Assembly (NCBI GenBank): GCA_002269645.1
Contig: NIVC01000301.1
Span: 356,460-420,459, forward strand
Direction of reading: 5' to 3'
Source: Macrostomum lignano
Lineage: Eukaryota
DNA length: 64,000 nucleotides
The position numbers and the translations under genes were made by a program. Under the pieces are notes generated by a model. It saw nothing but the letters and a program-made list of their open reading frames with translations. It searched no databases and was not told where the DNA came from. This document shows, piece after piece, positions 12,501-24,007 of the stretch (position 1 is the stretch's first letter; every line of letters begins with the position of its first letter).

Positions 12501-15500
12501 CGCAGCCGCCGGCCTGCCGATGCTGGAGTACCACTTTGGCGGAGATGAGGCGCCCAATGGCACCTGGACTAACTCGCCTGCGTGTCGCCGCATGCTGAGC
12601 ATTCCGTGAGTCTGTTCACATGTTGAGGATTACAAATTAAATTTTTGAATCGGCCTTTAGATACACTAGCAGTCGCCATACAGACACACTGAGGATCGCC
12701 CTATAGACACAGTATCGCCCTATAGACAGACTGAGAATCGCCCTATAGACACACTCAGATTCGCCCTATAGACACTGAAAATCGCCCTATAGACACACTG
12801 AGGATCGCCCTATAGACACACTGAGAATCGCCCTATAAACAGACTGAGAATTGCCCTATAGACACACTGAGAATCGCCCTATAGACAGACTGAGAATTGC
12901 CCTATAGACACTGAGAATCGCCCTATAGACACACTCAGATTCGCCCTATAGACACACTGAGAATCGCCCTATAGACACACTGAGAATCGCCCTATAGACA
13001 CACTGAGAATCGCCCTATAAACAGACTGAGAATTGCCCTATAGACACACTGAGAATCGCCCTATAGACACACTCAGAATCGCCCTATAGACACACGGAGA
13101 ATCGCCCTATAGACACACTCAGAATTGCCCTATGGACACACGGAGAATCGCCCTATAGACACACTGAGAATCGCCCTATAGACACACTGAGAATCGCCCT
13201 ATAGACACACTGAGAATCGCCCTATAGACACACTGAGAATCGCCCTATAAACAGACTGAGAATTGCCCTATAGACACACTGAGAATCGCCCTATAGACAC
13301 ACTCAGAATCGTCTGTCGCCATATTTAGCAGCAGTGCTCAAATTTCTATACGAACCAGACTATCACAGCTGGTGATTCCCCACCTTCCAGGCCGGACCAG
13401 CCGGTGGACGCGGACGCGGTCAGTCGCGTCAACCTGCGCCGCCTGCTTGCCGAGGCCGCGGACGCCGGTGTTGACGCTCTACTGGGCTGGTCTGATGGCT
13501 TTGCTGGCGCGGATTTGCGACCGTTTAATCTGAGCAGCCTTGTAAGAGGATAGCCAGCCCCACGAAATCGGTACCCAGGCCAAGAAGAATAATTTTGAAG
13601 CGTTTAACTAGCCTACTGAGTTAGTAGAAAGTTAAGCGCCAGCATAACGATTCTTGGACGACTCTTAGGCGACTCTTACTTATTTCTCTGTGTACTCGTA
13701 GCTCTTCTTCGTCGCACTAGACGCGCTTGAGTCGCTAAAAAGTCACAGAAATCGCCATGTAACAAAACAAAATTTTTGTCTTCTGCAGGGGTCGGCAAAC
13801 ATGCGGCCCCCGAAGCCTCTCTATCCGGCCCTCGGGTTCTTTGAAACTTCACAATAGCAATCCCGCCTTCTCACGGTCTGTCTCTTCCGCGGTCTCTTCG
13901 TTTTGCGCGGCGCTCTTTATGTGCCAGCGGCCCAGGCTCGATTCCAAGTGCAGTCAAATTAATTCGTGGCTAAATTGAAATTTCAGCTTGGCTCTGCTCG
14001 TGCAGTTGACGCCCCTGAGGGCCAACCCCAAAGGCACAGTGAAGTGTACATGCCTAACGATAAAATAAAGTTAGGGCCGCTGTACACTCCAGTGTAAGTG
14101 TGTGTGCCTGCTCAGGGGAGTCAGCGGAATGGACAGTAATGCCTCACCCGGCTGTGTGACAATGTCGCTTAAAGTGCGCCAGGGTGCAGACCGTTTTTAC
14201 TACTTTTAGTAGTAGTGCTGCGCAAATTTCGCCCGCTATTCCAACCGACCAACCAACCAAACTCACAGACCGCCGGTATTCGCCGGCCGCGTAAAGTGGT
14301 GGCCGTGCCGTGGCACCTCAAGCCATCGCCGCGCGACCTTGCCGTTGCCGGCTACAGTCTGGTGATGGCGCCGGCCACGCGGCTGTACCTGGACCACCGG
14401 CAGGAGCCCGACCCCGAGGAGCGCGGTCTCTACTGGGCCGCCAATTTCACCGACTTGTACACCGTTTTCTCTTACGACGCCAAAACCGACGCCGCCGCGG
14501 CTGGTCCCGACGCTGACATTCTCGGCATCTCCGGTGCGCTCTGGACAGAGACGGCGCGCCAGCCGGCGCAGGCTTTTAGTCTGCTGGCGCCGCGCGTTCT
14601 GGCGCTAGCCGAGCGCGCCTGGCACCACGCCGACTGGGAGGGCGCGGCGTAAGTAGGGAAATAAGACGCTGGCCTCTGTACTCAAATAGAAGTGACTTCA
14701 AAACAGCTCCATAGGATTTCCTTCTGCAATAGTATCCCGTGAGGTCCGTAGGATCAACTTTGGTTAACTTATTACCTCTGGGGGGCAATATTATCAAAGT
14801 TTTAATGTGTGTCAGCTGCCCGTGACTTGGGAGAGCTAAAAAATACGTATTTTATATAGCAATGGATAAAATGAATAAAGACAGGTATTTGCCATAGACA
14901 GTAGATGTCGATTTTTGTCCCCTACCATATACGAGAGTGGGGACCAATGACTCGAAGGAATCGCAAACATGGGAACCTGAGGTTTAATACTTTTTTCTCG
15001 CTTTATAGAAGGGATTTCGCATCTCTACAGAAGTTTAAAAACGTCTGTAACCACTCTAGACAGTCGATACTACAATCAGCTTACTTGGCTAACGTTTTGG
15101 CTGCATAATTCGTACTTTATTATTCATTTTCAGCCCTACAGACGGCGGCCAGGCTGCCAAGGCGCGGAGCCGCGACTACGCCGAATTCGTCAGCAGCGTC
15201 GGCCACCGGGAGCTCGGCCGGCTGGCCAGCTTCGGAATTCAGTTCCGTCTGGCGCCGCCCGGTGCCCGCCGACTCGGCGGAGACAGCGGCGGCTTCCTGC
15301 TGACGCACGAGCTGCCCGGCGTGCGGCTGTTTTATTCGCTGGAGAGCGGCGCCACGCGCCGATGGGTCGAATCGGACAGACTGGTCGAGTGGCCGTCCGG
15401 TGTCCGACGAGTCCACCTCATGGCGGCGTGAGTTGCTAAGCTGTTTGTTGAATTTTAATTTTGCATTGCATTTTGATGCCAGCTTGTGTTGAACCCGGAA

Positions 15501-15575
15501 TATTTCAGCTTCTCTCTGCCCGGCCACAAAGCTGGTTACTATGCTCAAAGTCGAATTGTTCACATCGATCGCTGA
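9529..15575 (+). CDS. Chitobiase-type beta-N-acetylhexosaminidase (GH20; CHB_HEX + GH20b + GH20 + CHB_HEX_C); first (signal-peptide) exon not identified
   Basis: Phase-consistent GT-AG exons: 9529-10075, 10509-10914, 11397-11915, 12358-12605, 13391-13541, 14269-14648, 15134-15427, 15509-15575 (TGA). Motifs: RGLMLDVARNF, LHLHLSDDEGLR, VPELDTPAH, catalytic HFGGDE, YLDHRQEPDPEERGLYWA, GALWTE, PRVLALAERAWH, GIQFRLAPPGAR. Confidence 0.9.
10155..10272 (+). mobile_element. tRNA-derived SINE fragment (family A) in a hexosaminidase intron
   Basis: A box TAGCCTAGTGG, Lys-like loop GACTCTTGA and B box GGTTCGATTC, followed by TTGTGTCGAGCAAGATACTCAAC, which resembles the GAGCAAGACACTTAAC core of widespread SINEs. 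No intact acceptor stem. Confidence 0.65.
10310..10460. repeat. ~26-bp minisatellite (GTAGAGTTGGCAGTGCAGCTGGTAGT), ~5 copies
   Basis: Visible tandem copies in an intron. Confidence 0.85.
10941..11361. repeat. 33-bp minisatellite (CAGGCCTCATTAAGTCCCAACAAACCTCACAAA)
   Basis: About 12 copies filling hexosaminidase intron 10915-11396. Confidence 0.95.
11940..12200. repeat. Degenerate ~17-bp repeat (GTATGGGATTTCGTGAG)
   Basis: Visible degenerate array in intron 11916-12357. Confidence 0.8.
12680..13310. repeat. 23-bp minisatellite (GAATCGCCCTATAGACACACTGA)
   Basis: About 27 copies in intron 12606-13390. Confidence 0.95.
13786..13860 (+). mobile_element. Left end of a hAT/Charlie-type MITE (same family as 38041-38895)
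   Basis: CAGGGGTCGGCAAACATGCGGCCCCCGAAGCCTCTCTATCCGGCCCTCGGGTTCTTTGAA aligns with 38041-38120. Confidence 0.7.
13920..14215 (+). mobile_element. 5'-truncated copy of tRNA-derived SINE family B
   Basis: Colinear with the reverse complement of 23660-23970, from GTGCCAGC..CCAGGCTCGATTCCAAGTGCAGTC to TTAAAGTGCGCCAGGGTGCA. Ends in a TACT/TAG-repeat tail. Confidence 0.85.
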
Positions 15576-15999
15576 GAGCTCCCGAGTGCATCTCGCAATT
15601 GCAAGACTTTTTGTCTGGAACTTTTCTATTCTAAATACTCGTAGGCTGCTGCGGTTTTTTGCATTGCGTGATTTGGTGTTCTACGAGCGTATTGTGGATT
15701 TTCCGACTGTAAAAATCGAATTAGTAGTCAATGAAGCTTTTTATTGTCTGGTGTATCTTAGGTATTTTGTCCGCAATGCTGCTTCCAATGGGTGATTGGT
15801 GCAATAACTTGCATATAACTATCTTTTATTAAGCGATTGCATGTTTACATGCATGTACAGTATTATTTTGAACTTAATGTTTTATATATTCTTGATTAAT
15901 AAAACCTGATTCATATTGCTTTACAACAGAGCTGTCTTTTGCGCTGACTTGGCGTGTTATTTATTTTGCTCTCTATTATTCTCAACTGTTTGCTGTGTT

Positions 16000-17726
16000 T
16001 CATTCCATCAGCTCGTCTTCGTCATGCACTGATGAATAAGATCCTTCCAGGCACTGGCTCCGAAATCGAGTCACCACAACAGCGCCGATGAGGCCCATTG
16101 TTAGCGCAGTTATCAGGGCGTACGCGCAGAAGAACAGCTTGTCAGCTGATGCCGCGACGGTGGCCCATTCGCTGCTAACAGGATTTTCTCCATTATTGTC
16201 TAAATCATTCTGCTGCTGATCTGCTGGATTAAGCTTTGTGGCCGTTTGCGATCCTTTTCTACTAATGAGCTGGTTGAGGAAGAGCGCGCGGATCAGCCGG
16301 TTGCTGACGCGAGCGCTGCTGTGCTGCTTGGAGTGGCAGTCGAGCACGAACGCGTTGCAGAGCACGTTCAGCATTGACATTATCACTGCGATGCCGAAGT
16401 ACCAGGCTGCAGCGGAGAGTAGGTCATGTGTTGAGGGATCTTATAGTATACTGTGCTAACTTAATCACGTGACTCACTAATGAGCGGCACGGACTCGCTC
16501 TGCGTAGGCGTGTAGTTGCTAGCCAGCTGCAGGAACACGCACATGGACAGCACGATGGTGATGCTGAAGGAGACTCGCTCGCCGCACTCGGGCGGCAGGC
16601 GGAAGGCGACGGCTGAGATAGCAAAGAGGAGGACGCTGGGGAAGAGCAAGTTTGTCACGTAAAACGCCGGCCGTCTCTGTAACGAAGTACTTTGCGCCTT
16701 GAAGTTCATAGAATTATGTTAAAGAAATGGATGTTTCTTACTTGAAACTTGATGAGGAACCGAATCTGATCTTGTCCAGCAATCACTTTTTGCTTTAGTT
16801 GAAGCTTTTGAACGCAGAATTCGTTGTTGGTCATCAGATAAGCCTCGATTGGAACTACGCCGGAAATTGGTTTAACATTTAGCATTATGGTGGTCCTAGA
16901 CTGCATTTGGGAATTTAACCACAGGCTGCATGTCTGACTGTCAAACGGAAACCAGAACATCTTCATACGGCATTTTAGGGTAACGACCAGCACAATTCCT
17001 TGATGAACTTCTCCGGTGCTTGTAATCAATACAGGCGACTTGTCCAAGTTGACATCTTTGATTTCAAGCCTGTGTTTAAATAGCACAATATTTACTGTCG
17101 CACGAGATTCGATTGCAAAATAGTGAAAATCCTTACACATTATTTGCTGTCGTGTCGGGCCGCCAAACCTGACTGGGAGTCAGAAAGATTCCGGCAATGT
17201 GGTCAAGTGAAGAGTTGAATCTTCCACGCCAGGAGAGCCTCGAGTCGAACCATTGCTGCAATTTTTATGTACCATACCTTGTACCAGCTATTTTTCAAAC
17301 TGAACTTAATGTAAAAAATATATAAAATATATAGCCTGGCGTGTAACGATCTATTTGTCCCGAGACAAAGAAGAATACCTTTGCAAGCCAGATCTGCAAC
17401 GTTACTTCCTGCGACGCCGAGTTCTAAAAAAATATTTTTCAGTCATTGCTGAAGTCACTGCTTTGATCAGTGCGCTACAATTTCGAAATCCATCCAAATA
17501 CTCGTAGTTACTGTATATAAGGCTTTACCACGTTGGCTAGGCTGAATAAGTAGATGTACAAGTTGAGAGTGTTGGCAGATCCATTGTCAGGCGGTGGCCG
17601 AACCGCGCTGTTATACTCTACATCGAGGTTCAGTGCCGCAACAACAGCAGCGTCAGGTGAACCGATGTCACTGGTTCTTGCGGCTGGAGCAGCGAACAGC
17701 AGAGCGCAAGCGATGATGAAGCACAT
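16000..17726 (-). CDS. Divergent nicotinic-type Cys-loop ligand-gated cation channel subunit, copy 1 (~431 aa)
   Basis: Exons 17726-17529, 17423-17379 (45 nt), 17255-17137 (119), 17069-16742 (328), 16676-16478 (199), 16406-16000. Signal peptide; YNSAVRP; WFDSRLSW; WRPD; Cys-loop CRMKMFWFPFDSQTC; M1-M4 with PPECGERVSFSITIVLS. Confidence 0.92.
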
Positions 17727-18213
17727 GTGTATACGATAGTCTGTTTCGCTTGAAAACCGTAAAATATCTAAAACAGGATCAGCCAGTGTGTTGTGGCTGA
17801 AGTATGCTACTGGTGCAGGGACGGTGCATGTGCCCAGATTAGCCGGCAGATTCTATTTATTCTCTGCTTACTTCCCACATTGTTTGCCAACCCAAACTTC
17901 ATTGACGCTTATTGTTTGCCCGATCCCTAGACTCTTCCGCAGTCACATGCAGCCATGATCCTCAAACAAAGCTTGTTAAGTCAATCAATCCAGTCTACCA
18001 CGGAAAATGAATATGATAGATTTGGTCGCTCATTCAGTCAATACGCTTGCAAAGGCAATAATTATCGTCATTCGTCCCTACGGATCAGGATACGGTTTTT
18101 TGTTATTCGGAGGTAACTATATTTTTTCCGTCTTTTAGAAGCCTGATTGGTGGTAAGCCCTGCTTGCCATGCCTCAACCTCAATTTCTGCCGGCTTAAGT
18201 CACTACCCTATCT

Positions 18214-18391
18214 CTAGCAACTACGCCAGCTACCGAATTTTTAATATTGACTGTGCCACATATACAGCTTAAAATTTCTGTAAAGCGACCTTAGTTAAGC
18301 GTGTGCCATTGCTTTTCGGTGACCTTGTCGTGACCTTGTAGACGTGGCATAGTCAATATAGTAGAAATTCGGTAGCTGGCGCGGTTGCCAG
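18214..18391. mobile_element. ~180-bp foldback/MITE-like element
   Basis: ~45-bp imperfect inverted arms: GCAACTACGCCAGCTACCGAATTT..ATATTGACTGTGCCAC versus GTGGCATAGTCAATAT..AAATTCGGTAGCTGGCGCGGTTGC. Confidence 0.65.
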
Positions 18392-19280
18392 GGCCCTGTC
18401 GGCTTGTCGATGTTTAAATCTACGGCCACATCTATGCTATACCCGAAAGAGACTGGGTGACCGCACAGATCCAAACACTAGATGTGTCAAATCAATATAA
18501 AAATGGTCACTTTTTTTGCATGCGTAAAAAACAGGTGTTCCAAAAAGACAAGTTATGAACAAAAACATGTTGAACAGCGGAGCATGATAACACCTCGTAC
18601 TGTTACAGAATTACAAATATTGGAAAAAATAATTAGGGAGAAGTTATTGAAACCACTTCAAAGAAGTATCGAGGTTTCAGTGTGCGCTTAGTGAAACTCT
18701 TTCTAGCTTTTTCGATCCACTGCGATTGCAGGGCTGTGCATCCTCCGCGTCTTAAGTCTGCACCGTACCAGTGTCGAGTCATGAATTCCAAGATGTGCTT
18801 GCATATTCAGCAAAGGGATTCAAGCTCGCAACAAACTGGCAGCATAGTCTGGGGCTGGGGGTGAAACAGTTCCGTGAAATAGACGTGCCGGCGTGGATGT
18901 TGGATTTCTGGGGCTGCAGATGAAGGCGAGTCGGCTGTTGTGACGGAAATGACCCGGCCGGCTCGTAAATGCACCTCATATCTGAAATATGGCTGCTGCA
19001 GTTTTCCAGTAATTTCTGTTATCGACCCATATTCTGCGTTGATCAGTGACAGACAAAATTTTATTAGCCTAGCGGACACAGTCTTGATGTGAAACCGACA
19101 TTCTGAGTGAAATTGAGCGAAAAAAGTGACCAACATTTTATACTGAGATGCCATCTGGTAGTACTTTTTGGATAGGCAGCGAGTGATACGCTCTGCTAAA
19201 ATAAACGAGTTATCTATACGTCTGGAACGGACAAACCAGTAAGAGGTAGGAAGTGAGCCAGGCCAACGATTTCCTATTTA

Positions 19281-20635
19281 CTCCGGCTGTCCGGAAAGTT
19301 GTGAGAATGTATTTAAAAAACCAGTCAGAACTATCAGAAAACACGATAACTGTACTAGTTGGTAATGTAATCTTTCCTTGCGTTGATTACAGCTTGGCAA
19401 TGGTCAACGAGTCGCTGAACCTCTCTTTTCAAGCAATCTTCGTCAAGGCCTCTTGCCTATTGCAACGCAGCTTCTCGAAATTGATTGTGGTCGCTGAACA
19501 CTCGCCTGGAGAAATCAGTCTTCATCCAACTGAATAAAAAAACGGTCGCAAAAATTGAAGTCTGGGCTGTAAGGACTCTGAAACACCAGCTGAACTCCAC
19601 GGGACTCCATGTACTGCTGCACAGAACGAACCACGTGAGGTCGCGCATTGTCCCACTGCCAAAGAACATCCGACAGATGAATTGGCCTTGACCTGAGAGT
19701 ACGCCATAGGTCTCCGGTGTGCCGAATGAACTCAACTATGCCATTTGCATCAACAGTTTGCTTTGGGGCTGTGGATTCAATGGAGAAGCGCTTGTTTGGA
19801 GTAAAAGCAACCAGAAGCATTGTCTTTGCATTGCCGACTGAGTGCCTGACAACCTGGGGCCGATGATCCCCTTGGCCAAGCCAGCACCTGTTGTTTTGCT
19901 TTGTGCCAGTGTTGTTCAGGTACACCCATGTCTCATCCTCCACCACGTACTTGTCGCAAAAGTTTTCCATGCCCTTTGTTGTAAAAAAGCCTGCGAATTT
20001 GCTTGGCACAATTGATGCGAGCAGTCTTGTTCTCCTCGGATAGAGCATGCGGAACCCAGACAGCAGAAACGTTTCGAAGGTGCAAATCCTCAGTCAAAAT
20101 TTCGTGCACTGTTGTTTTTCCAACTTCCAAAAAGTCAGCGAGGTCTCGGACACTAACTTTTGGATCCTCTTCAACAAGAGCTCGGCAGGTTTCGATCAGT
20201 TCCGTTGTCCTTGTTGACCGTGGCCGGCCAGTCCGAGGAGCTGAGACCGGGGAAATGCTTCGTCACAGAACTTCGAATACCATCTGTAAACCGTTGACTG
20301 ACCTGGTGCAGCATCTCCATAAACTTTGAGCAGCTCGTCATGACAGCTGAGAGTGGAGATTCCAAGACGGTATCTAGCATAGGCATGTAACCCTGGAAGT
20401 ATTCCATTGTGAAGAACTCGCTGTCAAAATTTTCAAGCTTGATCACCGCGTTGCATTTGCTATTGAGCACTTTATACTGAGCTCGCCCCTGCCCCCAATT
20501 TTGCTACTAGAGTAACAAGAATTTTCACCATAGACCTATATGAGTCTATTATTGAAAATTTCTGTGTGCCACGTCAACAGCTTGCTGCTTTCTTGCTTAA
20601 TTGACACATTCTCACGACTTTCCGGACAGCCGAAG
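19281..20635 (-). mobile_element. Full-length mariner (DD34D-type) transposon with frameshifted transposase
   Basis: 30-bp TIRs (CTCCGGCTGTCCGGAAAGTTGTGAGAATGT / revcomp CTTCGGCTGTCCGGAAAGTCGTGAGAATGT) flanked by TA at 19279-80 and 20636-37; 1355 bp long. Motifs WVPHAL, DETW, DNARPH and SPYSPDFNFCD are split across frames. Confidence 0.95.
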
Positions 20636-21156
20636 TAGTAGTTTCAGCTACTAAAGTTTCTTAAACTCTGCTTGTGAGTTTAGAGCTCAATGATAAGATA
20701 TAGATTAAAATCATAATTTTATTACTTCAAAATTAAAGCTCAAAAAGATTAAGCAGAAAAGCAAAAGGAACGAACTCTCGTTTAAAGACTTCGACAAGAC
20801 AAGATGATCTCTTTTTCGGGCAGCGGTTGCGCCGCTATCGAGTTTTCGAATCACAGCAGTAATGCACGCATCCACCTATTCGTTGGCTTGACAATTACGT
20901 CGTGCTCAAGTAAAACAAATGTTATGGATTGCTGTGCTAAATATAGTGGTGTTAATATTAAAAAATTGATAAGAAATGGATTCAGACTTGATGAAATAAG
21001 TATCTGCAGTAGCACATACCATGCCAGTACATGTCCCACCGTTACAACCAACAGCCTTAGTCAGACAAAAAATATATTGCTCTTTAAGTGTAAGTGAAAA
21101 TGATGAATATCACGGCGATCCAGTCTCACAGATCCATACACTCGTCGCTCGTGGGC

Positions 21157-23018
21157 TTAGGGCTTTGTCTTATTGCCTGGTCGGTCCAGAGTCTTCGCTG
21201 AAAAATCGCCTTCCAAGCATTCTGCACCAGATAAAGTGTCTACGGCGAAGAAGCAGATTAGAAAAATGGTTGAAATTGTGACCACAATGTATGTGGCGAA
21301 GAACACTTTATCGGCCGATGACACAACAGTGGCCCATTCGTTGCCATGGGGACTAGCCGGGTTTTCCGGCTCGTGGACATTGGACTGCTGATCTGTTTCA
21401 TTTGTTGGTGCCACCTTCATTGGTCTCCTAGCGACAAGCCGGTTGAGGAAGAGAACGCGGATCAGCCGGCTGCTGACGCGAGCGCTGCTGTGCTGCTTGG
21501 AGTGGCAGTCGAGCACGAATGCGTTGCAGAGAACGTTCAGCATGGTCGTCATCACTGCGATGCTAAAGTACCAGGCTGCAACGAAGTTATTACATTTGTA
21601 TAGGCCATTTTTGTTGAATTGATATAACTTATTTATCCAAAGAGACTCACAGATGAGCGGCATGGACTCGCTCTGCGTAGGTGTGTAGTTTCCAGCCAGC
21701 TGCAGGAACACGCACATGGACAGCACGATGGTGATGCTGAAGGAGACTCGCTCGCCGCACTCGGGCGGCAGGCGGAAGGCGAACACAGAGATGGAGAGGA
21801 GGAGGATGCTGGGGAAGAACAGGTTCGTCACGTAGAACGCGGGCTTTCTCTGAAAAGATTTATAGAAGTTTTGCTTTTCCGTGGAAAGTACGGGTTTATG
21901 CAAGTCGTGCGTACTTGATCGAGATTCTTCAGTGGGCTTGGTTGAGATTGACCAAGTCGTATGGCACGACACTGACTTTGTACCGGATGAGTGTTATAAA
22001 CTTGCCATTTTAAAGTGCTTTTTAATTACCGAAATTTACTTACTTGAAACTTTACAACAAACCGAGCCACGTCCTGCGTAAGCACCTCTTCTTTCTCCAT
22101 AAGCAATTCCTGAATGCAGAACTCATTATTCGGCATCAAATAGTCTTTCCTTGAGATGTCTTTGAAAATCGGAGTTACGTTAAGCATCAGCGTTCGCCTT
22201 TCTTGAATTTGTGATTTGAACTGCACTTCGCAACTCTGGCTGTCGAATGGGAACAGGAACATCTCCATCTGGCACTTGAAGGTGACGAGCTGCGCAATTC
22301 CTTGAGTAACGTCTCCTCTTTCCATAATCATGACAAGTGACTTTTCCAAATTGGCATCCTTGATATCGACTCTGTTGCAAAATGGTCAGATTTTACTATT
22401 TACTGTCCATCTGGATTTTGCGAAATTCCGTTGAAACTTACGCGTTACTGACTGAAACGTCCGGCTTCCAGACCTGACTTTGGTCCGCTAAGATTGTCGG
22501 AATGTCGCGAAATGTCGAGTTAAACTTTCCTTTCCATAAGAGCCGTGAGTCTAACCATCTCTGAGATTTGGAATGCAAGTCAGCATTGAATTTTATATCA
22601 AAGCGAAAGGTACTTTAATACGAAAAGAACACGCGAGCCCGGCTTTGAACCAACCTTTGCTAGGTAGAAATGCAGAGTCACCTCCTGAGAAGCCGAGTTC
22701 TGAAATCGATTGAATTAAGCAATTTTTCCTTTGCATACACATGTAATTGAAAACAGAAATATAAGAATACCTATTCGGCAAGCACAATCAGCTTACAACT
22801 TTCACAAGGTTGTACAAATAGACATATATGCTGACTGTGTTGGCAATATCATTGTCCGGCGGCGGTCGGACCCGGCTGTTGTACTCGGTGTCGATCTTCA
22901 ACGCTGACTGCACCAGGGCGTCCGGTGAGGGAGCAGCATCCTTTCTGGCTTCAATGAAGGATGCAGTTGCGATGAGGAGAGCGCAGACAATAAAGCCGCG
23001 GATTCCGGGAGAGTCCAT
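21157..23018 (-). CDS. Divergent nicotinic-type Cys-loop channel subunit, copy 2
   Basis: Exons 23018-22797, 22699-22655 (45), 22560-22442 (119), 22371-22044 (328), 21849-21651 (199), 21575-21157. Cys-loop CQMEMFLFPFDSQSC; M2 identical to the other copies. Confidence 0.92.
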
Positions 23019-23645
23019 CTCAGTAGTTTGCTTCTGAGAGTGAGTGACGAGTCTTCCTTTCCATCATCAAATGCATTTTTATCGTTTAATCGGTTGACGA
23101 ATAGCTTCATGGGAAATGAACCCATTTGTTTGCACTGTCATTGCCATATTTACTAATTTACCTAAGCTTTTTGATGGGTTTCAGGCTCCTGTTAGCCCCA
23201 CTGCAGAAGCTACTGGTTATCTGAGGCAAACTTTTATTGTTTGAATGCCAGTGAATATCGTTTTTGGCGAATCGGTTACTCAAATAAATGCATCGCTGAA
23301 TTTCAGTAATTCGGTCACATGGTGTTGAAGAAGTTTCTACAAGCCGGTATAGAATACTCATTTGCTCGTGAGCTGTCCAAACACTTGTCCTTCGTGAAAT
23401 GTAGTTATAGCCAAAACATAAATTCGTAGAATCGATCCATCAATCGTTTGACGGAGCCGCTTAGTAAATAAAGTCTATAAGTCTACGAGAAGCAAACATT
23501 TACTTGCAAAGTCGCAAATTGCTGTGGCGCCTAAGGGTCTGTGAGTCTGGACTCTGGTGAGTCTGCCTAATTAGTTAACCACTACTTCGCTCGTATTTAC
23601 CTAGACTTTAGCAGACTTCCTTAAATTTTGGCTTATTTGATTCAA

Positions 23646-24007
23646 TTTTTTTATTAGAGGCAGGGGGGTTGTGTGCACCCTGGCGCACTTTAAGTGACAT
23701 AGGCACACAACCGGCGAGAGGCATTACTGCCCATTCCGCCGACTCCCCTGAGCAGGCATACAAGCGCGCGGATACGTCCGCAGGCACACACTCACACAGG
23801 AGTGTACAACGGCCCTAACTTTATATTATCGTTAGGCATGTACACTTCACTGCGCCTTGGGGGGTTGGCTCTCAAGGCCGTTAATTGCACGAGCAGAGCC
23901 AAGCCGAGATTCCAATTCAGCCCCAAATTAATGTGACTGCACTTGGAATCGAGCCTGGGTCGCTGGCACACCAGGGCAGCTGCGCTACCGCTGGACTACG
24001 GCCCCCC
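23646..24007 (-). mobile_element. Full-length tRNA-derived SINE family B (~360 bp)
   Basis: On the minus strand it starts GGGGGGCCGTAGTCCAGCGG (A box), has GGCTCGATTCC (B box) and an A-rich tail. Flanked by a 12-bp near-duplication: TATTTGATTCAA (23634-45) and TAAATGATTCAA (24008-19). Second copy at 13920. Confidence 0.85.

Noticed and set aside
12680-13310. T7 promoter or vector contamination (CCCTATAG)
   Set aside because: Only 8 nt match and they are part of a 23-bp genomic minisatellite.
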